Shown in pieces: positions 24,772 to 34,693 of a stretch of DNA of 40,883 nucleotides (position 1 is the stretch's first letter; every line of letters begins with the position of its first letter). The stretch spans positions 1 to 40,883 of IMG/VR virus record IMGVR_UViG_3300048851_000077; one strand, 5' to 3'. The stretch comes from a virus. Taxonomy: Duplodnaviria > Caudoviricetes. The notes below the pieces were generated by a model. It did not search any database, was not told the origin of the DNA, and worked only from the letters and a program-made list of their open reading frames with translations. The position numbers were made by a program, and so were the translations under genes.

Positions 24772-24787
24772 CTGGATAGACATACAG
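24772..24787. promoter_or_regulatory. LexA (SOS) box
   Basis: taCTGgatagacataCAGta = CTG-N10-CAG, abutting a minus-strand -10 TATCAT. Confidence 0.85.
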
Positions 24788-24800
24788 TATTTGGCCGTGT

Positions 24801-25838
24801 TTATTGTAGGCTCACCACCTTCAATGGCCCTTTCTTTTTCTTGCCCTTGGCCGTGGCCTTGCCCTTCTTCCCGCCGTTGCATTCAACCGTAGTCGACCAG
24901 CCCGATTGCGTGAACACCTGTTCCACCGAATCAACCAGATAACTGCCGTCGACCTCCTTCTTGAACTCCTGCGCGAGGATTTCGCGCTCTGCAAACAGGT
25001 CCGTGCGTCCCGGCATTTCCAGGCGAACCCCGGCGGTCGAACGGTTGAACCCCGCCAGTCGCGCCTTGGCCGCCGCTTCGGCCGCGCTCTTGCTCGCGTG
25101 GATATGCCGGTCAGTATGGATCGGGGGCAGCCCCTCGCCGGCATCTTCATTGGCGAGCGACACGGTAGCCAGCTCGCCCTTTTTACCCTGATAGGAGGCG
25201 TTGACCGCCTTCTTCACATTGTCGTCACCGAGCCGGAATTGCCAGCGGCTGACGTCGCTGCGCTTGATGACCACCACGCCCAGGGATTTGCCGCTGGCAC
25301 TCTTGCCGCCCTGACGCGGGAGCACGATCAATTTGCCGTCGGCCACCTTGGCCGTGCAGTCGTATTGCTTCGCCAGACGCGTGATGAAGTTCAGGTCTGA
25401 CTCACTCAGCTGGTCGGCACGCTCGACAATGGTCTGAACCGTACATTCCGGTTTCCAGCCATTGCGGGCTGCAATATCGGCCACGATGCTGGCAAGGCTG
25501 ACACCCTCCCAGCTACCGCTCCGGGTCGTCTTGGCGCTGCTGCGCGTGTCGCTGGACTTGCTGCGCACGACAATCGTATCCGGCGGCCCTGACACCTCGA
25601 TTTCGTCGACCGTGTAGCGTCCGATCAACGCCAGTGGCCGCCCTTCATAGCCCAGCCGGACCTCCATTTTTGCACCGCGCGCCGGCAGCGACACAGCGCC
25701 GTCCCGGTCATCGATCCGCAATTCGAAGTCATCCGAGCTTTCACCCGGTTTGTCGATCGTGCGAATCAACAGCAAGCGGTCATTGAGCTTGGCCGAGATA
25801 TCGACGCCATCGGCAATGATTTGGAAGACAGGTTTCAA
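24801..25838 (-). CDS. Baseplate hub / late control protein (P2 gpD-like)
   Basis: KPVFQIIADGVDI...DQLSESDLNFITRLA; GGAG RBS before TTG 25838. Confidence 0.9.
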   Translation of the reverse strand: MKPVFQIIADGVDISAKLNDRLLLIRTIDKPGESSDDFELRIDDRDGAVSLPARGAKMEVRLGYEGRPLALIGRYTVDEIEVSGPPDTIVVRSKSSDTRSSAKTTRSGSWEGVSLASIVADIAARNGWKPECTVQTIVERADQLSESDLNFITRLAKQYDCTAKVADGKLIVLPRQGGKSASGKSLGVVVIKRSDVSRWQFRLGDDNVKKAVNASYQGKKGELATVSLANEDAGEGLPPIHTDRHIHASKSAAEAAAKARLAGFNRSTAGVRLEMPGRTDLFAEREILAQEFKKEVDGSYLVDSVEQVFTQSGWSTTVECNGGKKGKATAKGKKKKGPLKVVSLQ

Positions 25839-25914
25839 GGCAAACTCCAGGCACGGTAAAACCCCGCGCTGGGCGGGGTGGTTGAGGGGGTTGGGGTAAG
25901 TTGGGCGGGGTGAA

Positions 25915-26121
25915 TCAGTCCCAGAGCGAGACAGTTTCCTCAACCGTTGCGGCGAGGTCAGGCAGGGTAATCATCACCCCAGCGCGGAACGGCTGGGGCT
26001 CATCGGCCAACCCTTGATTGGCATCCAGCACCGCCTCCACGGTGCCCATCAAGTGGCCGTAATGGTGATGACAAATCGTGTCCAGAATGTCGCCATCAGA
26101 GGTTCTGCAAATCTTCGCCAT
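25915..26121 (-). CDS. Tail protein X (P2 gpX, LysM-like)
   Basis: RTSDGDILDTICHHHYG...VLDANQGLA...SLWD. Confidence 0.9.
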   Translation of the reverse strand: MAKICRTSDGDILDTICHHHYGHLMGTVEAVLDANQGLADEPQPFRAGVMITLPDLAATVEETVSLWD

Positions 26122-26941
26122 AGCGTACAAACTCCAGCGTAAAACCTTGCTTGCGCGGAATACCCCCTTGCAACAGGGCTTCTTGTTCCTCGTCAACGTT
26201 GAGCAGGCACCATGTACCCAGCACCTCGCCATAGCCCGTGGTCAGCAGCAACGGGGTCAACTGCTGACCAATGCTGCGCAGCGTGTTGAGCTGCTTTATC
26301 CCGCCTCTGAAGGTTGGGAAAATCGCCCCGCTGATGGTCAGTTTCTCGTCGCCGATGCCGACCGCCTGCTGTGCAGACCGGCGACCTAACCGCTCCTGCC
26401 CCGCCCAGCGGTAGGCCTCGGAGCGCTTCAGCTTGTCGAATGCAGCCGTGTCCAGATTGAAGTAATAGGCCGGGGTGTTCGGCGTGAGCGGCTGCATAAT
26501 CATCAAGTGCGGGAACGGCTTGACCGCTTCGGGTGCCGGCGTCACGTCAGGGGCCATTGAGGCGGTCGCAAAAACCGGCTCAGACCCCGGGCCGACCTTG
26601 GCAGCCAGCTTGTTGACCATCGACTTGGCCCGGGCCGCCTGCTCTCCCAGAACAGTGACCCGCTCCTGCACTGCGGCTACCGCGCGGGTGGCCTGCCCGT
26701 AGGCTGACAGCACCTGCCCGACCTTGGCTTGGGCCAGTCCAATAGCCCCCGTAATGCGCTGCAATTTGGCCCCGATCACCGGCCCCACGAATGGCACACT
26801 TTCCAGTTCGTCGGCTGCGCCGGTGATGGAGCTGATCGCCCCATTCACCGGACCCAACATGCCATCCACGTTTTTCCGTCCTGCCTCCCCTGCATCAACC
26901 AGGTACTTCAACCCCGATTTCAAGTTCTCTTCGTAGGCCAT
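26096..26941 (-). CDS. Tail protein gpU-like with N-terminal extension
   Basis: C-terminal YFNLDTAAFDKL...LTTGYGEVLGTW...FTLEF; follows the tape measure. Confidence 0.85.
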   Translation of the reverse strand: MAYEENLKSGLKYLVDAGEAGRKNVDGMLGPVNGAISSITGAADELESVPFVGPVIGAKLQRITGAIGLAQAKVGQVLSAYGQATRAVAAVQERVTVLGEQAARAKSMVNKLAAKVGPGSEPVFATASMAPDVTPAPEAVKPFPHLMIMQPLTPNTPAYYFNLDTAAFDKLKRSEAYRWAGQERLGRRSAQQAVGIGDEKLTISGAIFPTFRGGIKQLNTLRSIGQQLTPLLLTTGYGEVLGTWCLLNVDEEQEALLQGGIPRKQGFTLEFVRYGEDLQNL

Positions 26942-26950
26942 TTCACCCCC

Positions 26951-29800
26951 TTAGGACAGTGGGTCGTCCGTCATGCTTCGGCGGGCCACTTGCTGCCCAA
27001 GCTCGTTAAGCCGGCGCTGAATCTCCGGCATCATTTCGTTGACCAGCGCGTTGGGGTCTTTGGCGTCCCCCTGCACCACGATGTTGAATTGAGGTGCCAA
27101 GCTGATCGCCTGTTCTACCTTTGGCGCTGGGGGCTTCTCAGGGGCCGGTTTACTCAAGGCCGCCAAGGCCGACTCAGACCGTCCGCTTTCGGCCAACGAC
27201 TTGGCGACACTGTCCAATGCCGGCATCGGTGTTGCCGCGTTACGCGTAACGTCGGTTGCTGCCGGCGAATTGAAGGAAGCCCCCATACTCGCCAGCGTGG
27301 GCACTGCTGGCCCGGGGCGGGGCGTCATCAGTAGCGGGGTTGTCATCGGGGCACCAGGCGCAGCGGCGACCGTTTCTTCAGAACCACCAAACAGGGACTT
27401 GCCGACCATCCCACCCAGCGACTCGCCGCCCATGCCGCCCAGATAACCGCCAATCAGACCTCCGATAGCCGTCCCGATGATGGGCACAACCGAGCCGATG
27501 GCCGCGCCTGCCGCAGCGCCGGCCAACGTGCCCGCCATGCCGCCGGCAGCGTTGCCGTACCCTTCGGCTTTGTCCTCCTTGGAACCATCGCCCTGATACG
27601 TCTCCAGGGCTTTCAAGCCCGCTTCCAATATGGTGCCGCCCGGAATGGCCTTACCCAGCCCGCCAACCTTCGACGCCACCGAAGTGAGCCGAGTCCCGGC
27701 CGCGCGAATTCCACCACGCGCAGGCGGTGCCGGCGGCGGCACTGGCGGACGTGGGCCGGGCGCTGGTGGACCGCGCCGAGCATTGCCCGCCCCACGGCCG
27801 CGCCGGGACCGACGTCGACGTGATGCGGCCCCAGTGTCAGCCGATCCGCCACCCGAGCCGCCGAACTCAGCTGCGTTGGTCACAAAGACTTTCTTTACCG
27901 CGTCGTCGTCTTTGTCCTCACCGCCGGCGTCGATGGCCTCTGCAACGGCTGACAAGGTCGATACCGCTACGTCAGCCAGACCGCCGCCGGTTGGCTCTGG
28001 CAAACCTGCATCCCCGTCGGCCTTGCTGTCGGCGGGCTTTGCGTCCGCAGCCTTGCCCTTGCCCGCCTTGCCCTTGTACGCCTCCACGCTGGCCGCGACC
28101 GCAGCGGCAACCAATCCCGCGCGGCCTTTCTTTCCACTCGCCTTGTCATCCGCATCGTCGGCCGCATCGTCACCCGTAGCGCCCGAGCGCTTTTTGCCCC
28201 CCAGCGAGCCGCGCGCGATGTTCACAAGCCCCTTGGCCATCGTCACCGTGCCCAGCAACGACACGACGCCGGCAATCGCGGCACCCGCCCCAACCAGCCC
28301 GGCCGTCAGATTCGGCGACTCTTCGCTGATCCTGGCAATGCCGGTGGCTACCGTCTTAACGAACGTGGCGATTTGGTCAGTCGCGGGCCGCAAGGCATCG
28401 CCAATGCTGCGCATGGCATCGTCCATCGCCTGCCCGGTTTCGGCCCACTTCTGCGCCGAGGTTTCGCGGCGCTCTGCCAGATTCTTGTCGAGGATGCCCG
28501 ACGCGCTGCCTGATTGACTCTTCAGCTTCTGATACAGCTCTTTGTTCTGCATGTAGCCGGTCAGCGCCGCCTTGACCTGCATGTCCGCGAACAGATCCCC
28601 GGTACGCAACGCCGCTTCAAGCGACGTCATCATTTCCTTGGCTTTTTTCGGGTCGGTTTCCTTGCTGATTTTGGCAAGGCCCTCGTCCATTTCCTTGGCT
28701 TTCTTCGGGTCTTTGGTGCGGACGTACTTCTGGGCCAGCTCGAAGCTACTTTCCAGGTTCGACTTGCCGTTCTGAAGCCCTGTACGCATCGACTTCTCGT
28801 AGTCGATACCGGCCTTCTTGTACGCCTCGACCACCTCGCCCGAGCCGATTTTTTCAATCCAGTTCTTGAGGTTGTTGGCGGCTTCGTCCGAACTGCCTGC
28901 CGTCTTCATCTGCACTTGCAGCATGGCACCCAGCTGCTGCACCGCATCGTTTCCGGTAATACCCATGTTCGCCATCTTGGCGAGCAATTCCGGGAACCAA
29001 CGTGCCATGTCAGCCGCTTCAAAGCTGCCCGCCTGCCCTTGGAACGCGATAGCCTCCAAGGCCTTTTGCATGTCCTTGGGGTCGGTGATCTTGGCGTTCT
29101 GCCCGAGCGCATTAATCATCCTGGCAGTGTCGGTGCCATCGGCCCCTTGGCCGACGACAAACTTGGACGCCACAGGCGCATATTCCAGCGCCTGCTTAAG
29201 ATCCATGCCCGCACCGACCAGGGCATTGACCACACCGGCCACCTCGTTGCGGGCCATGCCCGTATCACGCGATGTGTCGATGATGGTTTTCGACATGGCG
29301 GCTTCTTCGGGCTTGTTGGCAATGCCCGCCTTGATCGCAATGTCTCGAATGATTGCGCCGTATTCGGCGCTGACTTTGGTAGGCACAACCATCGCGGCCG
29401 CAGCCGCACCCGTAGCCACCCCAGCGTTGCGCACCATACCGGCACCCTGCTGGAGCTGCCCCTGCCCGGTTGACTTCAACTGCGCAGAACGTGCCTTGCG
29501 GCCCTGTTCCTCATAGGCCTTGCCCAGGTTGCGGACCTCCACCCCCTGACGACGCAGGGAAGACAGGTTCGCCTCCAGCTTGCGGCGCAGGCCATCCGCC
29601 CCCGCCGACCCGCTTGCGTGAGCCTTGCGCCATTCATCCTGTAGACGCTTGGTTTCGCCGATGAACGATTGCAGCGTCTTGGCCTTGCCCGCGATAGTGT
29701 CGAGCCGTTTAACGCGGCCCTCAACGTCCTTGAACGCCGACTTCACGGACGAGCTGACCGCGCCGCCGATCACCAGTCCAATCGCTAATTCCTTCGCCAT
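26951..29800 (-). CDS. Tail tape measure protein
   Basis: 949 aa, Ala/Gly-rich, AANNLKN motif, position after the tail chaperone. Confidence 0.93.
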   Translation of the reverse strand: MAKELAIGLVIGGAVSSSVKSAFKDVEGRVKRLDTIAGKAKTLQSFIGETKRLQDEWRKAHASGSAGADGLRRKLEANLSSLRRQGVEVRNLGKAYEEQGRKARSAQLKSTGQGQLQQGAGMVRNAGVATGAAAAAMVVPTKVSAEYGAIIRDIAIKAGIANKPEEAAMSKTIIDTSRDTGMARNEVAGVVNALVGAGMDLKQALEYAPVASKFVVGQGADGTDTARMINALGQNAKITDPKDMQKALEAIAFQGQAGSFEAADMARWFPELLAKMANMGITGNDAVQQLGAMLQVQMKTAGSSDEAANNLKNWIEKIGSGEVVEAYKKAGIDYEKSMRTGLQNGKSNLESSFELAQKYVRTKDPKKAKEMDEGLAKISKETDPKKAKEMMTSLEAALRTGDLFADMQVKAALTGYMQNKELYQKLKSQSGSASGILDKNLAERRETSAQKWAETGQAMDDAMRSIGDALRPATDQIATFVKTVATGIARISEESPNLTAGLVGAGAAIAGVVSLLGTVTMAKGLVNIARGSLGGKKRSGATGDDAADDADDKASGKKGRAGLVAAAVAASVEAYKGKAGKGKAADAKPADSKADGDAGLPEPTGGGLADVAVSTLSAVAEAIDAGGEDKDDDAVKKVFVTNAAEFGGSGGGSADTGAASRRRRSRRGRGAGNARRGPPAPGPRPPVPPPAPPARGGIRAAGTRLTSVASKVGGLGKAIPGGTILEAGLKALETYQGDGSKEDKAEGYGNAAGGMAGTLAGAAAGAAIGSVVPIIGTAIGGLIGGYLGGMGGESLGGMVGKSLFGGSEETVAAAPGAPMTTPLLMTPRPGPAVPTLASMGASFNSPAATDVTRNAATPMPALDSVAKSLAESGRSESALAALSKPAPEKPPAPKVEQAISLAPQFNIVVQGDAKDPNALVNEMMPEIQRRLNELGQQVARRSMTDDPLS

Positions 29801-29838
29801 AGATGGCCCCTGTTACAGACGCATACGAACGTGGCGGC

Positions 29839-29979
29839 TCAATCCATGAGCCACCAGACCATGTCGTAAAACGGCATTGACTCAATCTCAGCCCGGGAGA
29901 AACCTGTCTCCCGGGCGAGCCGCTTGGCAACTGTGCGCAGTAGCGCAGGGTCGAACTTAGTCCTCGCCGACCAGGCGAA
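29839..29979 (-). CDS. Frameshift extension of the tail assembly chaperone (gpE'-like)
   Basis: Open +1 frame ending ETGFSRAEIESMPFYDMVWWLMD, a gpE'-type motif, with no clear RBS of its own. Confidence 0.7.
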   Translation of the reverse strand, partial: FAWSARTKFDPALLRTVAKRLARETGFSRAEIESMPFYDMVWWLMD

Positions 29980-30283
29980 AATAACCGGCCTGCACGCGCT
30001 TATAGTCCTTCACCTTGAGCCCTTGAATGTCCTTGAGTCCGACTTCGGCCAAGCTGGCAAACAGAATGTCGTCCAGCAGCTCATCATCGTTACCGGCCTG
30101 CTTCTGGCAGGCCCGGACCTCGGACACGCTTGGGGATCGCAACGTAATGCGGTCCAGCTTGATGCCGTTCAGGACCGCCGGCGTCGACAACGTGATGATC
30201 GCGTTTTCGTCAGTCACTTGGAGCCAAGCGGGTGTATCGCCAACTGGGCCGTTCAGGTTTGCAGCAGTGTTTTCAGTTTGCAT
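29957..30283 (-). CDS. Tail assembly chaperone (P2 gpE-like)
   Basis: ITLRSPSV...LFASLA...KDYKRVQAGYFRLV; between tube and tape measure. Confidence 0.88.
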   Translation of the reverse strand: MQTENTAANLNGPVGDTPAWLQVTDENAIITLSTPAVLNGIKLDRITLRSPSVSEVRACQKQAGNDDELLDDILFASLAEVGLKDIQGLKVKDYKRVQAGYFRLVGED

Positions 30284-30292
30284 ATTGAATCC

Positions 30293-30796
30293 TTACAGGC
30301 CCAGTTGGTTGCGCATTTCGGCAAGTTGATCCACGCCATCAATCACGCGGATAGAGTTGAGTGGATCGATCTCGTACATCACGTCGCCATCGATCTCCAG
30401 CTTGTAGTACGCGACGCTGACGCTGTATTTGAACTCGGCTTTTTCACCTGCCTTCCAGCCCCCCGGGTCAACTTCCTTGAGCATGCCGCGCAGGGTTGCA
30501 ATCACGCCGGTGAATTCCCCTTTTTGCGCTCTGAACGAACCCCGGAACGACGCGTTGAAGGCCATGCCGTCAGCCAGGCCGACATACTTCATAGCGTCCT
30601 TGCGCAGGCCGTTGGCCGTGAACGACGCTTCGAGCTTTTCCAGACCCATGTCCATGTCAATCTCGGCATCCATACCACCTGCACGGTAGGCCTCGGTTTT
30701 GACTGTCATCTTCGGCAGCGTCAGCTCGGGGATATCGCCGCGAAAGTTGATGCCGTCGATGAACAGGTTGGTGTTGAACAATGTTTGCGGAATCAT
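30293..30796 (-). CDS. Major tail tube protein (P2 FII-like)
   Basis: YRAGGMDAEI, YYKLEIDG motifs. Confidence 0.95.
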   Translation of the reverse strand: MIPQTLFNTNLFIDGINFRGDIPELTLPKMTVKTEAYRAGGMDAEIDMDMGLEKLEASFTANGLRKDAMKYVGLADGMAFNASFRGSFRAQKGEFTGVIATLRGMLKEVDPGGWKAGEKAEFKYSVSVAYYKLEIDGDVMYEIDPLNSIRVIDGVDQLAEMRNQLGL

Positions 30797-30808
30797 GAAT
30801 TGGCCCCC

Positions 30809-31993
30809 TTAGGCTTTGGCGTCGAGAATTTCAGTAACCCACTGATCCGTAACCTCGACCTCGAAAGTCGGGTTCTCAGCAGGTGGCACGTCGGTGAAAC
30901 GGATGCGCCAGAACGCCCGGCCCTCGCTCAACTGGCTGGCCGTGGTTTTTTCGGTGTCGACGTACACTTCGAAATTGATGACCGCGCCCTGATTTTTCAG
31001 GTCGCGCATGAAGTTGTTCAGGCCTTCGGTAACGTCCTTGATGTAGGTCTTGGTCAAGGAGCGGTCGACAGCCCACTTATGGCCGTACAGGATTGCGGCC
31101 ATGACCATGTCTTGCGTTCGCACACGCGTGACGAAGGACCATTTCGGATCGCTCGACAGCGTGCGGTTGCCCCACAGGCGGAAACCGTCGTCGCGAATGA
31201 TCGTCGCAATGAAGGCCTTGTTCAGCAGGTTGGCCCGGCAGGTCGGGTCACCATCCAGAAACTCCACAGCACGGGTCGTGCCGGTGATGCCGACAAACTC
31301 CTTGTTGGACGGCGACGCCCAGAAACCATAGGTCGCGTCAGTCCAGGCGAACAGGCCAGCGGTCCAAGCCGAGGCCGGCGCGTCGACCGTGGCATTTTTG
31401 GTCGTGCTCCAGAACTGCACGCCCGGATCGACCATGAACAGGCGCTTGCTGCCGAAGTTCTTGGCGTACGCCAAGGCAGCCTCATCGGTAGTACCAGGGC
31501 CGTCGATGATCGCGATTGCGCCGAGCTTGCCGGCAAGCGCATCCATCGCCGTGGCGACGGCTTGCGTACGGGAGTGGCCCGGCGCAATCAGCAGACGCGG
31601 CTGGGCGTTGAACAGGCTTTTGCCATCCAGCAGCGCCTGGAGCCCCGAGCGCTGTCCCGACGCCTTAACGCCACCAATGATGGCCGACGTCAGCTCGGCA
31701 GCGTCTGCGCCTTCCTGAACGCCTACAGCGATGATCACGGCCTTGGCGCGGGTGTAGATGGCTTGCGCCGCTTGAGCAATGGCCGAGCCTTCGCCAAACG
31801 CGGCAATGGCCTCGCGCTCAGTGGTCAGCAACACCGGAACGCCCGCCGTTGCGGAAGGGATACCCGACGCCAGCGGCCCGGGCGAGAACGTGTCGACCAA
31901 CCCGATGATCGAGGACGACGGCAGCGAGATCGTGCGTGCGCCAGTGTCCACCGGGGTAACAGTGACGCCGTGGAAAAAATCAGTACCAGCCAT
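30809..31993 (-). CDS. Tail sheath protein (P2 FI-like)
   Basis: FFHGVTV, PRLLIAPG, GFWASPSN, GFRLWGNRT, PPAEN motifs. Confidence 0.96.
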   Translation of the reverse strand: MAGTDFFHGVTVTPVDTGARTISLPSSSIIGLVDTFSPGPLASGIPSATAGVPVLLTTEREAIAAFGEGSAIAQAAQAIYTRAKAVIIAVGVQEGADAAELTSAIIGGVKASGQRSGLQALLDGKSLFNAQPRLLIAPGHSRTQAVATAMDALAGKLGAIAIIDGPGTTDEAALAYAKNFGSKRLFMVDPGVQFWSTTKNATVDAPASAWTAGLFAWTDATYGFWASPSNKEFVGITGTTRAVEFLDGDPTCRANLLNKAFIATIIRDDGFRLWGNRTLSSDPKWSFVTRVRTQDMVMAAILYGHKWAVDRSLTKTYIKDVTEGLNNFMRDLKNQGAVINFEVYVDTEKTTASQLSEGRAFWRIRFTDVPPAENPTFEVEVTDQWVTEILDAKA

Positions 31994-32092
31994 AAAGCGT
32001 TTCTCCAGAAACGAAAAAACCCCGCAGGGCGGGGTTGTGGGGTATGCGTGACGCGTAACGGGGAAAAGAAAACGCCCCGTCAGAGCGGGGCG

Positions 32093-32644
32093 TTAGGTCT
32101 TGGGCAATTCGTCTTCACTGACGCCCTGAAAAGGAGGTTCCTCCGGGGCCGGCGGCTCGTACACAAACGGCGAGGCGGGCGGTGTCGGCCACTCGAAAGA
32201 CGTGGGGTAGCCAGGCAGCGTGTCGAGCTGGGCCAGTCCCACACGATACAAACGCAGCGCATTGAGTTCAGCCTGTACCGCCGGCAAAAGCTTGATCTGC
32301 TGGTCTGTCGCCATTTTCAACGACACTGCGTCTTGCAACATATCCAGCGTCGCCGCCAGCTCGTTGATTTTGGTCGTGGTTGCGGCGGACATATCACCAC
32401 GTTGACACATCACCAGCGCCGCAATCATTTCAAGAGTCGGCTCCTGAATCTCGCCAAATTCACCGGCGACTGCCCGGTTATATAAATCCACACCATGCGG
32501 CTCTGTATCATTTGGCGAGGCGGCAAAAGGCATTTCACCGTATACGTCTTTATTTTCCTCGAACGTTACCAGCAATTGAATTGCAGTATGCTCAAGGTTA
32601 GTCCAGCGTGGTTGCCGGGCGCTTAATACTGTCAACATAGTCAA
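32093..32644 (-). CDS. Tail fibre assembly chaperone
   Basis: PFAASPNDTEPHGVDLY...LRLYRVGL...GYPTSFEWP; directly after the fibre. Confidence 0.85.
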   Translation of the reverse strand: MTMLTVLSARQPRWTNLEHTAIQLLVTFEENKDVYGEMPFAASPNDTEPHGVDLYNRAVAGEFGEIQEPTLEMIAALVMCQRGDMSAATTTKINELAATLDMLQDAVSLKMATDQQIKLLPAVQAELNALRLYRVGLAQLDTLPGYPTSFEWPTPPASPFVYEPPAPEEPPFQGVSEDELPKT

Positions 32645-32647
32645 ACC

Positions 32648-34693
32648 TTATGATACTCGTTGAAATAGGGTTCGCTCACCACTGGTGAACGCTCCATGAA
32701 CTCGCCATGTACCGACGTTAATCAGACCAGTTTGGTTAGATGCGCCGTCCGATCCACTGGTAGAGCTGTAAATCAGATTCGTCCCCGGAACCAAAGCCCC
32801 TTGGTTAATGGAGCCAATACCGTTAAGAACTCGCGCAAAGGCATATTGACCAATAGCACTAAGGCCAAGCGCGGCAAGTTTTGCTGAAAGGTTGTTATCG
32901 GAAATCAAATCTCCGATGTCCGTAGTGTCTACTTGGACACGAAGGCTACCCGCCCCGTTATAGCCTATGCGGAGTTTGTTACTAGTCATGTTAGGGCCGC
33001 CGCCCTGCTCTGTCGGCGTAAAGCCTAGACGGCGCTGCAAGTAATAGACTGTGTCGTCAGACGCCCGCCGCATATAAGGCAAATCGGCGTTGTTGCCGGC
33101 AAACCCCACCGCACTGATTGAATCAGCCGCCGCGCGCGTTGAGACTAATTGGTTAACCTCGGTTTTTGAGAAAGCATCAACAATGCCATAGGCCGCAAGA
33201 GTCGAGCCCCAGTTAGCTTTACTGTTCGGGTCAAAGTTGGATGCGTACCACATTCGGCCTTGGTCAGAGGCGTCTACAGTCACTTTCAGACCGTTGTCAG
33301 ACCAACCAATTTTAACCACGTTCTGAAGCTGCCCAATTCCCGTGCCTTGCTGAACTGGGTTGAATTCAAGTTTCGTTTGAAGCCAGCAGATATCAGAGTT
33401 ACTTGCGCGACGCATGTAAGGCTGTCCCAACACACCGCCGCTCAATCCAACATAACTGATACTGTCAGATAAAGGCCGTTGCGAGTCCCGCAGATCCGCC
33501 TCAGCTTTGGTGTAAGCGTCTGTGATGCCGTAGGCCGCAAGCGTAGAGCCCCAATTGGCTTTCCCGTTTGGGTCGAAGTTACCCGAATACCACAGATTGC
33601 CCATGTCTTGGCTATCGACGGTCGCTTTGATGTGCGTACCTGACCAGCCGATTTTTATCGGATTGCCCGACTGACCCACCCCTGTTCCTTGCTGCACCGG
33701 CGTGTAGCCAAGCTTGGTCTGAAACTGCGCGGTCCTGCTATCGACCTCGGCCTTGCTGTATGCATCGGTGATGCCATAGCCGCTCAAGGTAGTGGGGTTG
33801 CCCCCAGCTATCACCAGCCCGCGCCGGTCCACTGTGACCTGACGATACGTTCCAGGCACCACTCCATTAGGGCCGGCTACCCGCTCGAACGTCAGGGGCG
33901 TGGTAGAGAGCACGATTGGCGCGTCGGTCGTCAGCTGCCAGAGCGTATCGGCCTGCGTCGCGCCCTGCTCGACGCTGACCATGAGGCTGGGCGTTACTTC
34001 AAGGTTACTGTCGGCATCCGCTACCCGCGCCCACGAGCCGCCAGCAACCACCGAATAGATCCCGTTGTCCTTGGCGTCGAACTGGTTTTTCACCAGCACC
34101 CGGTCGCCCACGATGACCGATACCCCGTCAATCGTCTGCACCCCGGCCAAGGTGATTGCGGCGACCGTTGCAACTCGGACTGACTGTTTGGCGTCAAGCT
34201 TGTTGATTTCCTCAACAATGCGCTGGTCGACAAAGGCGCGGGTGGCGAGTACCACGGACGGGTCAATCTTCAGCTCGACATTAGCCGTACCGCTGACGAT
34301 CAAGTTCATTCGCACAGTCTGCGTGCGGCCCGATCCTTGAGCCAGCAACGGCTTGTAGCTGGGCGGGCAGTTGGCAACCGCCACCAGATCGCCCGACGAA
34401 TCGTACAAGCCGACTTCGCGAATCCACTTACCCCCGACCTCGGCCGGAATCACCAGCTCAGCCACGATGATGCTGGGGTTTGCAGGGTCTGGCTTGAGTT
34501 GGTTCAGCGGGGCTCGCCGCCACTCATTAATCAGCTTTGTTTGCAGCCTGTCCGGCACAGGGTCGGTGCCGTTTGCGTCGCCAATGCCCATTTGTGAAAA
34601 GGTCCAGGGAATCCCCAGGGCGTCGGCATTGGCCTGTTTCGCCTCCCCCACCGCCGTGAGGATCGCAAAGAACTGACTGTTCTGATCGATCAT
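32648..34693 (-). CDS. Tail fibre protein (P2 gpH-type N-terminus) with ~114-aa internal repeats
   Basis: ILTAVGEAK...GGKWIREVGLYD...SVVLATR; repeated TLAAYGITDA / PVQQGTG / KIGWS modules; AT-richer 3' end. Confidence 0.93.
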   Translation of the reverse strand: MIDQNSQFFAILTAVGEAKQANADALGIPWTFSQMGIGDANGTDPVPDRLQTKLINEWRRAPLNQLKPDPANPSIIVAELVIPAEVGGKWIREVGLYDSSGDLVAVANCPPSYKPLLAQGSGRTQTVRMNLIVSGTANVELKIDPSVVLATRAFVDQRIVEEINKLDAKQSVRVATVAAITLAGVQTIDGVSVIVGDRVLVKNQFDAKDNGIYSVVAGGSWARVADADSNLEVTPSLMVSVEQGATQADTLWQLTTDAPIVLSTTPLTFERVAGPNGVVPGTYRQVTVDRRGLVIAGGNPTTLSGYGITDAYSKAEVDSRTAQFQTKLGYTPVQQGTGVGQSGNPIKIGWSGTHIKATVDSQDMGNLWYSGNFDPNGKANWGSTLAAYGITDAYTKAEADLRDSQRPLSDSISYVGLSGGVLGQPYMRRASNSDICWLQTKLEFNPVQQGTGIGQLQNVVKIGWSDNGLKVTVDASDQGRMWYASNFDPNSKANWGSTLAAYGIVDAFSKTEVNQLVSTRAAADSISAVGFAGNNADLPYMRRASDDTVYYLQRRLGFTPTEQGGGPNMTSNKLRIGYNGAGSLRVQVDTTDIGDLISDNNLSAKLAALGLSAIGQYAFARVLNGIGSINQGALVPGTNLIYSSTSGSDGASNQTGLINVGTWRVHGAFTSGERTLFQRVS

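Noticed and set aside
15270-24800. N15/VP882-type linear plasmid prophage (protelomerase + telRL)
   Set aside because: No protelomerase-like ORF and no long perfect palindrome seen; the only recombinase looks like an arm-binding integrase
29924-32485. 853-aa plus-strand ORF and many other long antisense ORFs
   Set aside because: Shadow frames opposite well-recognised tail and head genes in GC-rich DNA; no recognisable motifs
32648-34693. Diversity-generating retroelement or invertible fibre cassette
   Set aside because: No reverse transcriptase or serine invertase; repeats are diverged in-frame protein modules, not TR/VR pairs
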